Shown here: positions 19,848-28,071 of the stretch, in pieces | Layout: every line of letters starts with the position of its first letter | Position numbering within the stretch: position 1 is the stretch's first letter | Source of the DNA: a virus | IMG/VR virus record: IMGVR_UViG_3300017643_000016 | Direction: 5' to 3' (one strand) | Length of the DNA: 36,099 nucleotides | Position numbers and translations under genes: made by a program | Notes under the pieces: generated by a model | The model's database searches: none | Told to the model about the DNA's origin: nothing | What the model saw: the letters and a program-made list of their open reading frames with translations, nothing else

Positions 19848-20147
19848 CTAAAGCAACCAGGCGTCATCCGCAACCAAGCCGTTGGAGACGTCGGAGAAGA
19901 TTGCACTGTCAAGAGGCCAGGTCATCTGGTAAAGATGCCCTTGATCGTCCACGCCGATAGACGCCCAATGATCCCCATCTTCGCTCATTACAAGAGGAGT
20001 AATCATTGATACTATTGTGCCATCTTCGTCTATCGTTACTTTGGTAATCTCGTTGTATTTGAATGTCTCCACTTTTTGAAGCCCAGGGAGAAGCCCACCC
20101 ATTTCGTCAATATCTTCTTGCTCAGCAATTACCGGATATGTATTCAT
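19848..20147 (-). CDS. Small, strongly acidic hypothetical protein (99 aa)
   Basis: By my count, 19 D/E against 3 K/R. An RBS is present. Confidence 0.5.
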   Translation of the reverse strand: MNTYPVIAEQEDIDEMGGLLPGLQKVETFKYNEITKVTIDEDGTIVSMITPLVMSEDGDHWASIGVDDQGHLYQMTWPLDSAIFSDVSNGLVADDAWLL

Positions 20148-20194
20148 CGATCATCCTTTTTCCCGGTCATGCCCGACCGGGAGGGATAATGTGG

Positions 20195-20446
20195 TTAGAT
20201 TGATTCGACGCGATCAACTTTAGAGTAATCGTATTCGTCGAGTTCCTTGTCTGGATCATTCTCAAAAATCCAGTAGACAACACAATTATTACCGTCTTCA
20301 TCAACGGCACCAGCAGACATTTCAAAATCATACTTTCCGTCGTTCTGCTCACGATCATTGTAGCCATTGACCGGAAGTACTCTATTCGTGAAATCAGCAT
20401 CAGAAACCAACTGGTATTTCTTTCCTTCAAAAGTTACGGTTGTCAT
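20195..20446 (-). CDS. Small, strongly acidic hypothetical protein (83 aa)
   Basis: By my count, 20 D/E against 8 K/R. A GAGGAG RBS precedes the ATG. Preferred over the overlapping frame 20167..20430. Confidence 0.55.
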   Translation of the reverse strand: MTTVTFEGKKYQLVSDADFTNRVLPVNGYNDREQNDGKYDFEMSAGAVDEDGNNCVVYWIFENDPDKELDEYDYSKVDRVESI

Positions 20447-20566
20447 CTTTGATCTCCTCTTTTTTTGTTTGTCTCGTTTACATATATTATTATATATCTA
20501 TATATATAATAATCAATACATATACCGATAACTGTAAAAAACTCTAATCTTGTGTTCTATAAATAG

Positions 20567-20593
20567 AACATCCCAGCTTATGGCTGGGATGTT
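20567..20593 (-). terminator. Hairpin terminator downstream of the lipoprotein gene
   Basis: AACATCCCAGC (20567..20577) pairs with GCTGGGATGTT (20583..20593), an 11-bp stem. A moderately T-rich tract follows on the minus strand. Confidence 0.55.
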
Positions 20594-20625
20594 GGTTTCG
20601 ATAGCTCCGGTTATCGAAAGCTAAA

Positions 20626-21087
20626 TTACGGCAAATGACAAGCGGCCTCACCGCTGGCCGTTGTATCAAGATCAGCCATGATGAAATTTCCATCCAAATC
20701 ATAGAGGGCACAATACCATTGCCGAGTGTTGACATCTCGATTGAAGGTTACATGAATTTCGTGATAGGCATCCAAATCGACCTGTTCCCGCTCCGTTGAT
20801 CCACAACCTGGAACATTGGCCGGATCAGAATTACCAATACTTACCCCCATGATGCAAAAGCCGTATTCAATGACATATTTTTCTGTCGGGAATGGCGTTG
20901 CCGTGGGGATATGCACCGCTGGCCTTTGGGTTGGGGTGGGCATCTGCGTCGCAGTCGGGGCCAGGGTCGGTGCTGGCATAGCCGTCTGGGTCTGCTCGAT
21001 TGCTTTTTGGATCGCTTCTGGTGATGGTGAACAAGAAGATACGAAGCAAACCAGCAAGATAAAAACGAAGATCATTGATTTTTTCAT
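20626..21087 (-). CDS. Lipoprotein (signal peptide with lipobox)
   Basis: MKKSMIFVFILLVCFVSSC carries a lipobox cysteine. A P/T-rich linker follows, then a small Cys-containing domain. Confidence 0.7.
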   Translation of the reverse strand: MKKSMIFVFILLVCFVSSCSPSPEAIQKAIEQTQTAMPAPTLAPTATQMPTPTQRPAVHIPTATPFPTEKYVIEYGFCIMGVSIGNSDPANVPGCGSTEREQVDLDAYHEIHVTFNRDVNTRQWYCALYDLDGNFIMADLDTTASGEAACHLP

Positions 21088-21187
21088 TCTCCCGCCTTCC
21101 TATTGCATATTTAGAACATAATATCTATAATTGAATCCAGGAGGATATTCTTATGCTTTATATTATAGCCGATTCAAACTATCCAGA

Positions 21188-21589
21188 TTATTCTTTTTTG
21201 GTGATGGTAAACCCATATTTTGAAAAGGTTTCCCGGACCAGCCTGCTGGTATCCTCCGAATCAACCAGGCCGGCGCGTGATTTTATCGCTTCATCTATCT
21301 CACTCATTGCCGTGCGGAAGCGTTCCTGCAAATCTTCTGGCAGGGAAGAAATGTCTATTTTCTCTGAATCTGGATCGTCGTAACCTAAAATCGAAAAAAT
21401 TTCATCTCCGTAAACTTCAAACAATTTAGAAATGATTTTTTTCGAAGTGGGGATTCCTCTGGTGCCATTTATCCATGCGCTTACGGTGGATTGGCTTATT
21501 CCAAGGTATAAGGAGAATTGCTGGACAGAATTTCTTGTCTCTCCTCTCCATTCAATATATTTTTTCGTTATCCAATCTCTGAATTCCAT
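21188..21589 (-). CDS. XRE/CI-like HTH repressor
   Basis: VQQFSLYLGISQSTVSAWINGTRGIP is an XRE HTH. The gene is divergent from the early operon. Confidence 0.75.
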   Translation of the reverse strand: MEFRDWITKKYIEWRGETRNSVQQFSLYLGISQSTVSAWINGTRGIPTSKKIISKLFEVYGDEIFSILGYDDPDSEKIDISSLPEDLQERFRTAMSEIDEAIKSRAGLVDSEDTSRLVRETFSKYGFTITKKE

Positions 21590-21671
21590 AGCCTGATTAT
21601 ATCTACTTGAATAGTAAAGTTGACGCTTGACATTACTCTACTCTTGTAGTAGTATAGATACAGAGTAGATT
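21590..21671. promoter_or_regulatory. Divergent promoter/operator region (lysis-lysogeny switch)
   Basis: On the + strand, TTGACA (21627..21632) is followed by 17 nt and then TAGTAT (21650..21655). On the minus strand, TATAAT (21596..21601) lies 6 nt from the repressor ATG. The motif TCTACT occurs three times (21602, 21637, and inverted at 21664..21669). An inverted repeat, TCTACTCT/AGAGTAGA, is also present. Confidence 0.55.
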
Positions 21672-21926
21672 ATGAAATCACAAACCACAAATTCACCCAA
21701 ACCACGCAAACCACAGATCAACTTTTCTGCCTCGGCTGAGGATCTGCAAAAGTTTACTGAAATCTGTGCGCAGGAAGTAAGAGATCCTTCTGCTGAGTTC
21801 GTTTTTCTGGTGCGGAACGAACATGCGCGTCTGTTTGCGAAGCGCGTTGTTGCCGCCAAGGGAATGGATGGGGTCATGCGGGTAGAACCCGGATTTGCGA
21901 ACCCTGTTCCATCTTCTGCTGAATAG
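21672..21926 (+). CDS. First early-operon protein, Cro/RHH-like by position (84 aa)
   Basis: Divergent from the repressor gene. KPQINFSASAEDLQKFTEI resembles an RHH N-terminal strand plus helix. Confidence 0.4.
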   Translation: MKSQTTNSPKPRKPQINFSASAEDLQKFTEICAQEVRDPSAEFVFLVRNEHARLFAKRVVAAKGMDGVMRVEPGFANPVPSSAE

Positions 21927-21988
21927 GTTATCACGAAAACATTGAAGTCTCAAAAAAAGCAGCGAAAGGGAGCAAAAAGGGAAAGAAA

Positions 21989-22213
21989 ATGACCCCGAGA
22001 AAGAAATGGCATGTAGCGGATGACGACCGCGACCAAGCAGCCGAACTGATCAACCAGGCAGCCTGCCAACTGGAAGAAATCAACAGAATTCTACCGCCAG
22101 AGGCGAAGGCCAGGGTACTCACGGTAACCATCGATCTGCAAAAGAGCCTGCGGCTTCTGGAGCGAAACGGAGCGCGGACACGGGTACCTGAAATCCGGAT
22201 GACGGCGGCATAG
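21989..22213 (+). CDS. Hypothetical protein (74 aa)
   Basis: ORF with an AAGGGAAAG RBS-like sequence. Confidence 0.4.
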   Translation: MTPRKKWHVADDDRDQAAELINQAACQLEEINRILPPEAKARVLTVTIDLQKSLRLLERNGARTRVPEIRMTAA

Positions 22214-22358
22214 AGAGAGGCAGTTCCCGGGAAACCGGATAACAACTTATTGGTAGCCGGGCAATGCGGTTTACCGGTCAACTGTGATCAACCCCGGGAG
22301 GGCAGTTTCCCTTCTCCTTTCTCGGAACCTCCCGGGGAAGATCGCCAGGAGGAAGAAA

Positions 22359-22499
22359 TTGCAAAGAATCAACTGGAAGAAACTGACGCAACATGAACGG
22401 GTCGTGCTCCTGCGTTGTATGCGCATGGGAATGACAGTCAAAGTGTATGCCAACAAATTCGGATCGAGGAACCTTCCCCATCTTCTCGAGCAAGAGTAA
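22359..22499 (+). CDS. Small HTH-like protein (46 aa from TTG; alternative GTG start at 22284)
   Basis: AGGAGG (22347..22352) lies 6 nt before the TTG at 22359. LTQHERVVLLRCMRMGMTVKVYANKFG is HTH-like. Confidence 0.35.
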   Translation: MQRINWKKLTQHERVVLLRCMRMGMTVKVYANKFGSRNLPHLLEQE

Positions 22500-22916
22500 C
22501 ACCTGGCCGGTGGAGATCACGCTCAAAGCCGGCCAATTAAGTACGATCTTTGAAAATTGAATATGGCGGCGGCGTGGTAGGAACACGCACAGCATATCTG
22601 TTTTGGTAGACGATGACCGAGCGGTGAGAAATCCCCAGCCCTCAGGGCAGAAGCAATGATCTGCATAGAGGTTCCGCGAAATTTAGGGAAAACTTGGCAA
22701 CATCTAATCTAACAATCCAAAAATCAGGTGACAGATCGGGATAGAAATACATCCAAATCCTGACCGCCAAACTTAGCAATAACTGTGGTGTCCAGTAGAT
22801 ACTATCGGAACGATGGGCGAAAGGCATATCCGAGCCACCGATTGCGACACTCTCGCTCGATCACACTACTCAAGAAATGGAGACGGAGAGGGGCCGGTGA
22901 AACCCCGGCATAGTTA

Positions 22917-23005
22917 GGAGACGCTCGCATGGGTGAGCGAAGCCGCTTTGAAAACGGTCTACCTACTACATGGGTATGCAGGTTCGAATCCTGCCGTCTC
23001 CGCCA
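22917..23005 (+). tRNA. tRNA-Ser(UGA)-like class II tRNA with encoded CCA and a non-canonical anticodon arm
   Basis: Manual fold: acceptor GGAGACG/CGTCTCC with discriminator G and CCA. The D-arm is CGC-ATGGGTGA-GCG. The anticodon arm is GCCGC-TTTGAAA-ACGGT, with anticodon TGA at 22949..22951. The long variable arm is TACCTA-CTACA-TGGGTA. The T-arm is GCAGG-TTCGAAT-CCTGC. Confidence 0.6.
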
Positions 23006-23242
23006 TGCCATTAGGTTCCTTGTAATTCTCTACGGCGTGTCTCTGCCAGGGTGCGCGAAAAGGCAGAACTGATGACATACGGCGCACAGAGAAAGGAACC
23101 GCCATAAGACATAGCGTCGCTTCACGTAATAGGCTTGACAACCCGCGTCCCGGAATGGGCAACTACTACAACGAGAGTAGAGAGGTAAGAGACTTGACGA
23201 CCACCAGAGGTGGCACCCTTCAAACGAGAGAAAGAGGAAACC

Positions 23243-23617
23243 ATGACGGAAACCCAGCAAGAACGCAAACAGACGATCTGCAACTACATTCTGGCAATTG
23301 CAGACACGCAGCAGAAGAAAGCGAAATGCGACGGCGAATCACTGGCCGGTAACTTTACTTTGATGCAGCTCACTTTTCTGGAATTCAGCCTGGCAACCGG
23401 CCTGATACAGGCCTGCTGGAATTACATGTGCGACTATCCCTTTGCAGAAAGCCCACACCCGGCCATCCGGTTGGTGCGCAGAGCGGATATGAGCCTGCAA
23501 TCGATCGACGTAGACGGCGATCTGACCCCGTACCTGCCATCAGCGGGGGAGGAGAGCCGATACCTGGAAGCGCCGGAACGACGCCCTGGCGGTTTGGCAG
23601 GGGAACTGATCCACTAA
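23243..23617 (+). CDS. Hypothetical protein (124 aa)
   Basis: An AGAGGA RBS precedes the ATG at 23243 (the ORF track starts at 23210). Confidence 0.45.
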   Translation: MTETQQERKQTICNYILAIADTQQKKAKCDGESLAGNFTLMQLTFLEFSLATGLIQACWNYMCDYPFAESPHPAIRLVRRADMSLQSIDVDGDLTPYLPSAGEESRYLEAPERRPGGLAGELIH

Positions 23618-23706
23618 TCCCCAGCCCTGCCGTCGGCCCGTCACCGGCGTGATCTTTCTCTGGTCGTAGGGGGATGGACGCCAATCCATCCCCCGGAGGT
23701 GAATAA

Positions 23707-24126
23707 ATGGAGCGACAACTCAATCTCAATCTTGGCTTCGACATGGCGCGCGAACTCGAAAACGTGACGCCGGAACTGGTACAGGCCATCGTGATCACTA
23801 TTGCCTTCCACGTCGGGCACGAGAACATCATCAGCGGCCCGGAATTCGTCCGCGAACTACAAAGTCAGGGGCACAAGGTCAACTCGCGCAGCCTGCGTCT
23901 GGCGATCTCGAAGATCGTGCAGAAGACCGGCTACCCGATTGCCGGAACAGGCGGGATCATGGGCGGATACTGGCTGCTGAAGGACCGCAACGAGGCCGAG
24001 CAGTACATGAAGGTGCAACTCCATGAGCCAGGGATCACTCTGCTGCAGCGCGAGGCGGCAATCCGCAAGGGATTCGCACGCTGGTATCCCGGCGATCAAT
24101 TGACGCTGAGCGGAAAGGCAGGCTGA
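23707..24126 (+). CDS. Hypothetical protein (139 aa), possibly winged-helix
   Basis: A GGAGG RBS precedes the ATG. I see no clear motif. Confidence 0.45.
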   Translation: MERQLNLNLGFDMARELENVTPELVQAIVITIAFHVGHENIISGPEFVRELQSQGHKVNSRSLRLAISKIVQKTGYPIAGTGGIMGGYWLLKDRNEAEQYMKVQLHEPGITLLQREAAIRKGFARWYPGDQLTLSGKAG

Positions 24127-24127
24127 A

Positions 24128-24376
24128 ATGAAGAAGACGAGGATCCTGAAAACGCTACCGAACTTCATCCTGCCCAAGGCAGATGAGATCGAATACCCCT
24201 ATATCTACATTCCGAGAAAGAAGCCGATGCCGGACATAGGAGAAACTGTCTGGCTGGAAGTGAAGGGGAAGTATTACCTGGGTAAGGTTACCCGGGTTGA
24301 CCTGGATAAACACGAATATGCGGCGCTCTTCGATCTTCGTCATTATCAGACGAACAACCCGCAGGAGGGTGAATGA
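24128..24376 (+). CDS. Hypothetical protein (82 aa)
   Basis: Coupled to both flanking genes (TGAAATG upstream and an ATGA overlap downstream). Confidence 0.45.
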   Translation: MKKTRILKTLPNFILPKADEIEYPYIYIPRKKPMPDIGETVWLEVKGKYYLGKVTRVDLDKHEYAALFDLRHYQTNNPQEGE

Positions 24377-25293
24377 GCCGGCGCGGAAGAGTGATCAGCC
24401 CCGAGATTAGGCGGTCGAAACATTTTGCCGAACTGAGCTATCAATGCCGTGATCTATATCAGGGATTGATCGAGCGCAGCGTGGATGATCAGGGGCGCTG
24501 CATCGCCGACCCGGCGATCATCCGGGCTGAGGTGTGGCCGTGGGATGACGTCAGTTTCTCGGACGTGGATCAGGCCATCGCCGCCCTGGCTGATGGGGAC
24601 GCTCCGTTCATTGTGCTTTACGAGGTCAACGGAACGCGCTACCTGCAGATCGTCAACTGGTGGCGCTGGCAAAAACCATCCATGCAGTGGGCATCTCCCA
24701 GCAACTACCCGGCCCCCGAAGGATGGACGGACCGCGTGCGGGTGCAGACCTCCGGTAACAAAACGATGCTGCTCAACTGGGACTCTGAGGGTGGATTTTG
24801 CTCCACTGCCCAGAAAACGACGGGGTCATCAGGTACATGGGTGCCCGCAGAAGAGGATAGTGGGGTAGATACTGGGGTATCTACCCAAGCAGGTAGCGCG
24901 GTGGAAAGAGATAGTGACAGGATAGTGACAGGTCAGGATAGGACAGGTCAGGAAAGCATTTTAGCTGCTCCGCAGCTTGAGAGCTCGACCCCTGAAAAAT
25001 CTGCATGGGATTATGCCTTGGGGCAATTGCAGCAGGGATCGGTCAGCCGGGCAGTGTTCGAAACCTGGGTGCATCCATTGCGGGTGATCGGGCTGCGTGA
25101 ACACGAATTCGAAGTGGAGGCCGCGAATCTCTATGCTGCCAAGGTGCTGCGGGAAAAGCACATTTTGCCGCTGCTTGAAGGCCACCTGCGGGCTTACCTG
25201 CAGGATGAACTGGTGACAATCAGGATTGTGGTGATCGGGCCATCCGACGCTGTGCCGAAAGAATCCGTGCGCGATTTCGACTTGATCCGATAA
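24373..25293 (+). CDS. Replication organizer/initiator-like protein with a DnaA domain-I-like C-terminus
   Basis: The N-terminus (FIVLYEVNGTRYLQIVNWWRWQK) resembles phage replisome-organizer N domains. The C-terminus (WDYALGQLQQGSVSRAVFETWVHPLRVIGLREHEFEVEAANLYAAKVLREKHILPLLEGHL) resembles the DnaA N-terminal domain. Confidence 0.5.
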   Translation: MSRRGRVISPEIRRSKHFAELSYQCRDLYQGLIERSVDDQGRCIADPAIIRAEVWPWDDVSFSDVDQAIAALADGDAPFIVLYEVNGTRYLQIVNWWRWQKPSMQWASPSNYPAPEGWTDRVRVQTSGNKTMLLNWDSEGGFCSTAQKTTGSSGTWVPAEEDSGVDTGVSTQAGSAVERDSDRIVTGQDRTGQESILAAPQLESSTPEKSAWDYALGQLQQGSVSRAVFETWVHPLRVIGLREHEFEVEAANLYAAKVLREKHILPLLEGHLRAYLQDELVTIRIVVIGPSDAVPKESVRDFDLIR

Positions 25294-25307
25294 AAGTGAG
25301 GTAGTAA

Positions 25308-25823
25308 ATGTCCGTTTTCGAAGAAGTACCTGAAGCTGTAGTTAAAATCGCTGAGGAAATAATCAATGAATATCATCCAAATTTGAAAATTTTTCAAATT
25401 GGATTTGTATTCAAGCAGGATGAAAACTTTAAGAAAAAACCTTATCAGATTTGGGCCCGGGCATCTAAAGTCTCGGCAAAATATCAGGCTTTTTTGAATT
25501 TCGACTTTTTGATCTGGATTCAGTATGAAATTTGGGAAGAATTAAACGACCTAAGCAGACATGCCTTGATCGATCACGAACTTTGCCATTGCGGAATTAA
25601 TGACAAAATGCTGCCGGTGATGGTACCCCATGACGTCGAAGAATTTGCGGAGATCGTTGATCGTTATGGTCTCTGGCGTAGCAACCTGGTAGAGATGGGC
25701 AAAGCGATGAAGGGGTACGTGCAGGCGGAGATCCCGGTCGTTGATATCTCTGCTCCGAATGGAAAAGTTTTCACTCTTACCCCGGAGCAAATCAAGAACT
25801 TGAATGAGAGCAGGCTGAGATAG
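25308..25823 (+). CDS. Putative phage metallopeptidase (HExxH)
   Basis: Contains LIDHELCHCG (an HExxH motif). The overall pattern is typical of the small phage metallopeptidase family found near replication genes. Confidence 0.6.
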   Translation: MSVFEEVPEAVVKIAEEIINEYHPNLKIFQIGFVFKQDENFKKKPYQIWARASKVSAKYQAFLNFDFLIWIQYEIWEELNDLSRHALIDHELCHCGINDKMLPVMVPHDVEEFAEIVDRYGLWRSNLVEMGKAMKGYVQAEIPVVDISAPNGKVFTLTPEQIKNLNESRLR

Positions 25824-25830
25824 TGAGTGT

Positions 25831-26835
25831 ATGATGCTTACTTTTGGGAGTTTATTTAGCGGCATCGGCGGTTTTGATCTTGGCTTTGAGCGCGCCGGAA
25901 TGAAATGCGCCTGGCAATGCGAGATCGATCAGCCATGCCAGAATGTACTGCAAAACCATTGGCCTGAGGTGAAACGATATGACGACGTCAGAGAAATTTC
26001 AAGCGGAAACACACAGCCAGTTGATCTTATTTGCGGAGGATTCCCGTGTCAGGACGTCTCGATTGCCGGCCGACGCGCGGGCCTTGATGGAAAGCGGTCA
26101 GGATTATGGTTCGAGTTTGCAAGGATTATTGACGAACTTGATCCGCGCTGGGTGGTTATCGAAAACGTCCCCGGTTTACTTTCCAGCAACAACGGCAGGG
26201 ATTTCGAAACCATCATCCGATTTCTGGCAGAACGCGGGTATGGCGTGGTCTGGCGGGTGCTTGACGCTCAGTATTTCGGAGTGGCCCAGCGCCGCCGCCG
26301 TGTGTTTGTTGTCGCAAGTCTTGGAGACGGATGTTCCGCAGAAGTACTTTATGAGCGCGAAGGCCTGCGCTGGGATCCTCCGGCGCGCAGAAAAGCGGGG
26401 CAGGAGGTTGCCCATGCGCTTACAGCAAGCCCTTCTATTAGTGGTCGGCAAGACCCAAGCGGAGAAGATTATATAGTAGGAGCTTTGAATTCCGGAAAAC
26501 ACCCTGGAGGATTCAATGGTCAGGATGCCTATTCGAATAATCATCTTCAAATTTCCTATAAAATTCGCGGCGGAAAATCAGGCGGCGGTAAAGGTTATTT
26601 GGGATCGGAAGAGATTGCTTTCACACTCCACGGCGTAGAAGATCAGAGAATCGGAATCCGCCGGCTGACCCCGACGGAATGCTCCAGACTGCAGGGGTTC
26701 CCGGATAACTGGAACGCATGGCTATCCGACTCGGCCAGATACAAACAATTCGGCAATGCGGTATGCGTGCCAGTGGCCGAATGGATAGGAAAAAGAATCG
26801 TAGGACTCGAGGCAGAAAATGATTATCAACGCTGA
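25831..26835 (+). CDS. DNA (cytosine-5)-methyltransferase
   Basis: Motif I FSGIGGFDLG, motif IV GGFPCQDVS, motif VI ENVPGL, motif VIII QRRRRVFVV, and the C-terminal motifs RRLTPTECSRLQGFPDNW and GNAVCVPV. Confidence 0.92.
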   Translation: MMLTFGSLFSGIGGFDLGFERAGMKCAWQCEIDQPCQNVLQNHWPEVKRYDDVREISSGNTQPVDLICGGFPCQDVSIAGRRAGLDGKRSGLWFEFARIIDELDPRWVVIENVPGLLSSNNGRDFETIIRFLAERGYGVVWRVLDAQYFGVAQRRRRVFVVASLGDGCSAEVLYEREGLRWDPPARRKAGQEVAHALTASPSISGRQDPSGEDYIVGALNSGKHPGGFNGQDAYSNNHLQISYKIRGGKSGGGKGYLGSEEIAFTLHGVEDQRIGIRRLTPTECSRLQGFPDNWNAWLSDSARYKQFGNAVCVPVAEWIGKRIVGLEAENDYQR

Positions 26836-27856
26836 TTCACTTCACATTCCATTGGCATCGAAATCCGTCCAGTGCGTCATCACCAGCCCGCCGTATTTGT
26901 GGCTGCGTGACTATGGCGTCGATGGCCAGCTTGGACTCGAGGAGTCACCAGAGGCCTATATCGAGGATATGGTGCGTGTCTTCCGCGAGGTGTACCGTGT
27001 GCTCCGCGATGATGGTACGCTGTGGCTCAACGTCGGAGATTCGTACGCCGGCGGAGGAAGAGGCGGAAACGGAAAAACAATTACTGGGAAAGGTAAAAAC
27101 GAATCAATCATCGATAGATCAAAGCGCCATACTCCGCGATGGGGTGGTGGAAATATCCCTGCGTCTGGAACCATCAAAGAAAAAGACATGATCGGCATTC
27201 CGTGGATGCTGGCATTTGCACTGCGAAACGACGGTTGGTACCTGCGCTCTGAGATCATCTGGCACAAACTGAACCCGATGCCGGAGAGTGTGAAGGACCG
27301 TCCTACGAAAAGCCATGAGCAGATCTTCTTACTGACGAAATCTCCGAGCTATTACTATGATTCTTCTGCGATTGAAGAGCCGGCGAAATACTCGAACGAG
27401 GAGCGCTATGCCAGGGCAAAGAGCGGTCAGAAATCCAATCCAGGACAGCACAACAATGGCATCCGCGTGCGCAAGCCGGCCGGATGGGATACGCGACAAG
27501 GAGCGCATGGGGCTTTCCACCGCGATGGACGGGCGCAGGATGTAGAGTACACAACGACCCATTCGCTGGTCCGCAACAAGCGAGATGTTTGGTCGATTGC
27601 CACCCAGCCCTGTGAGCTGGCACACTTTGCGACGTTCCCAGAAAAACTGGTTGAGCCATGCGTTCTGGCAGGCTCAAGACCTGGTGACATTGTTTTCGAC
27701 CCGTTTTCTGGCTCAGGCACAGTGGAGCGAGTAGCGATCTCACTTGGACGTCGGTCGCTTGGCTGCGAACTGAAATTCGATTACATCAATCTAGTGGCGC
27801 GGGCACGAACGAGTGAGATTCAGCGAGTTTTGCCCTGTGCAGTGGAGGCGGCATGA
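26819..27856 (+). CDS. N4-cytosine/N6-adenine DNA methyltransferase (N6_N4_Mtase family)
   Basis: Has the catalytic ITSPPY motif near the N-terminus and the C-terminal AdoMet motif VFDPFSGSGT. Overlaps the C5-MTase gene by 17 nt. Confidence 0.88.
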   Translation: MIINADSLHIPLASKSVQCVITSPPYLWLRDYGVDGQLGLEESPEAYIEDMVRVFREVYRVLRDDGTLWLNVGDSYAGGGRGGNGKTITGKGKNESIIDRSKRHTPRWGGGNIPASGTIKEKDMIGIPWMLAFALRNDGWYLRSEIIWHKLNPMPESVKDRPTKSHEQIFLLTKSPSYYYDSSAIEEPAKYSNEERYARAKSGQKSNPGQHNNGIRVRKPAGWDTRQGAHGAFHRDGRAQDVEYTTTHSLVRNKRDVWSIATQPCELAHFATFPEKLVEPCVLAGSRPGDIVFDPFSGSGTVERVAISLGRRSLGCELKFDYINLVARARTSEIQRVLPCAVEAA

Positions 27857-28071
27857 AAACCAGTATCATCCCAGCTAATGTAAAAGCGGAGTTCGAGGCC
27901 AGTGTCAGGGCGTCCGCAGGGACGCCTGCAAAACTGGAAGGCGCGCGGCGAATGGTCAGTTCCCGGCTGATTATGCAAAACAACGTCAAATGGTGGAACG
28001 CGCACGCCGCTGAGATACTCGAAGAGATGGGCAGGATCGAGCGTTCGATCTTGCAGGAGGAAAAGAAATGA
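27853..28071 (+). CDS. Hypothetical protein (72 aa)
   Basis: ATGA overlaps on both sides. Confidence 0.45.
   Translation: MKTSIIPANVKAEFEASVRASAGTPAKLEGARRMVSSRLIMQNNVKWWNAHAAEILEEMGRIERSILQEEKK

Noticed and set aside
20481-20520. TA-rich low-complexity tract (catatattattatatatctatatatataataatc) considered as a repeat array or origin
   Set aside because: It has no regular unit or spacer structure. It lies where the promoter of the minus-strand operon (20446 downwards) is expected, so it is most simply an A/T-rich promoter/UP region.
22879-23005. Possible 127-nt extended tRNA or tmRNA-like RNA starting at the first GGAGACGG
   Set aside because: The second GGAGACG at 22917 gives a normal 89-nt class II cloverleaf. 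I found no tag-peptide ORF or pseudoknot pattern typical of tmRNA. The upstream copy is more simply a short duplication or leader.
22802-23011. 69-aa minus-strand ORF
   Set aside because: It is antisense to the tRNA-Ser-like gene. RRQDSNLH is the typical translation of GGTTCGAATCC.
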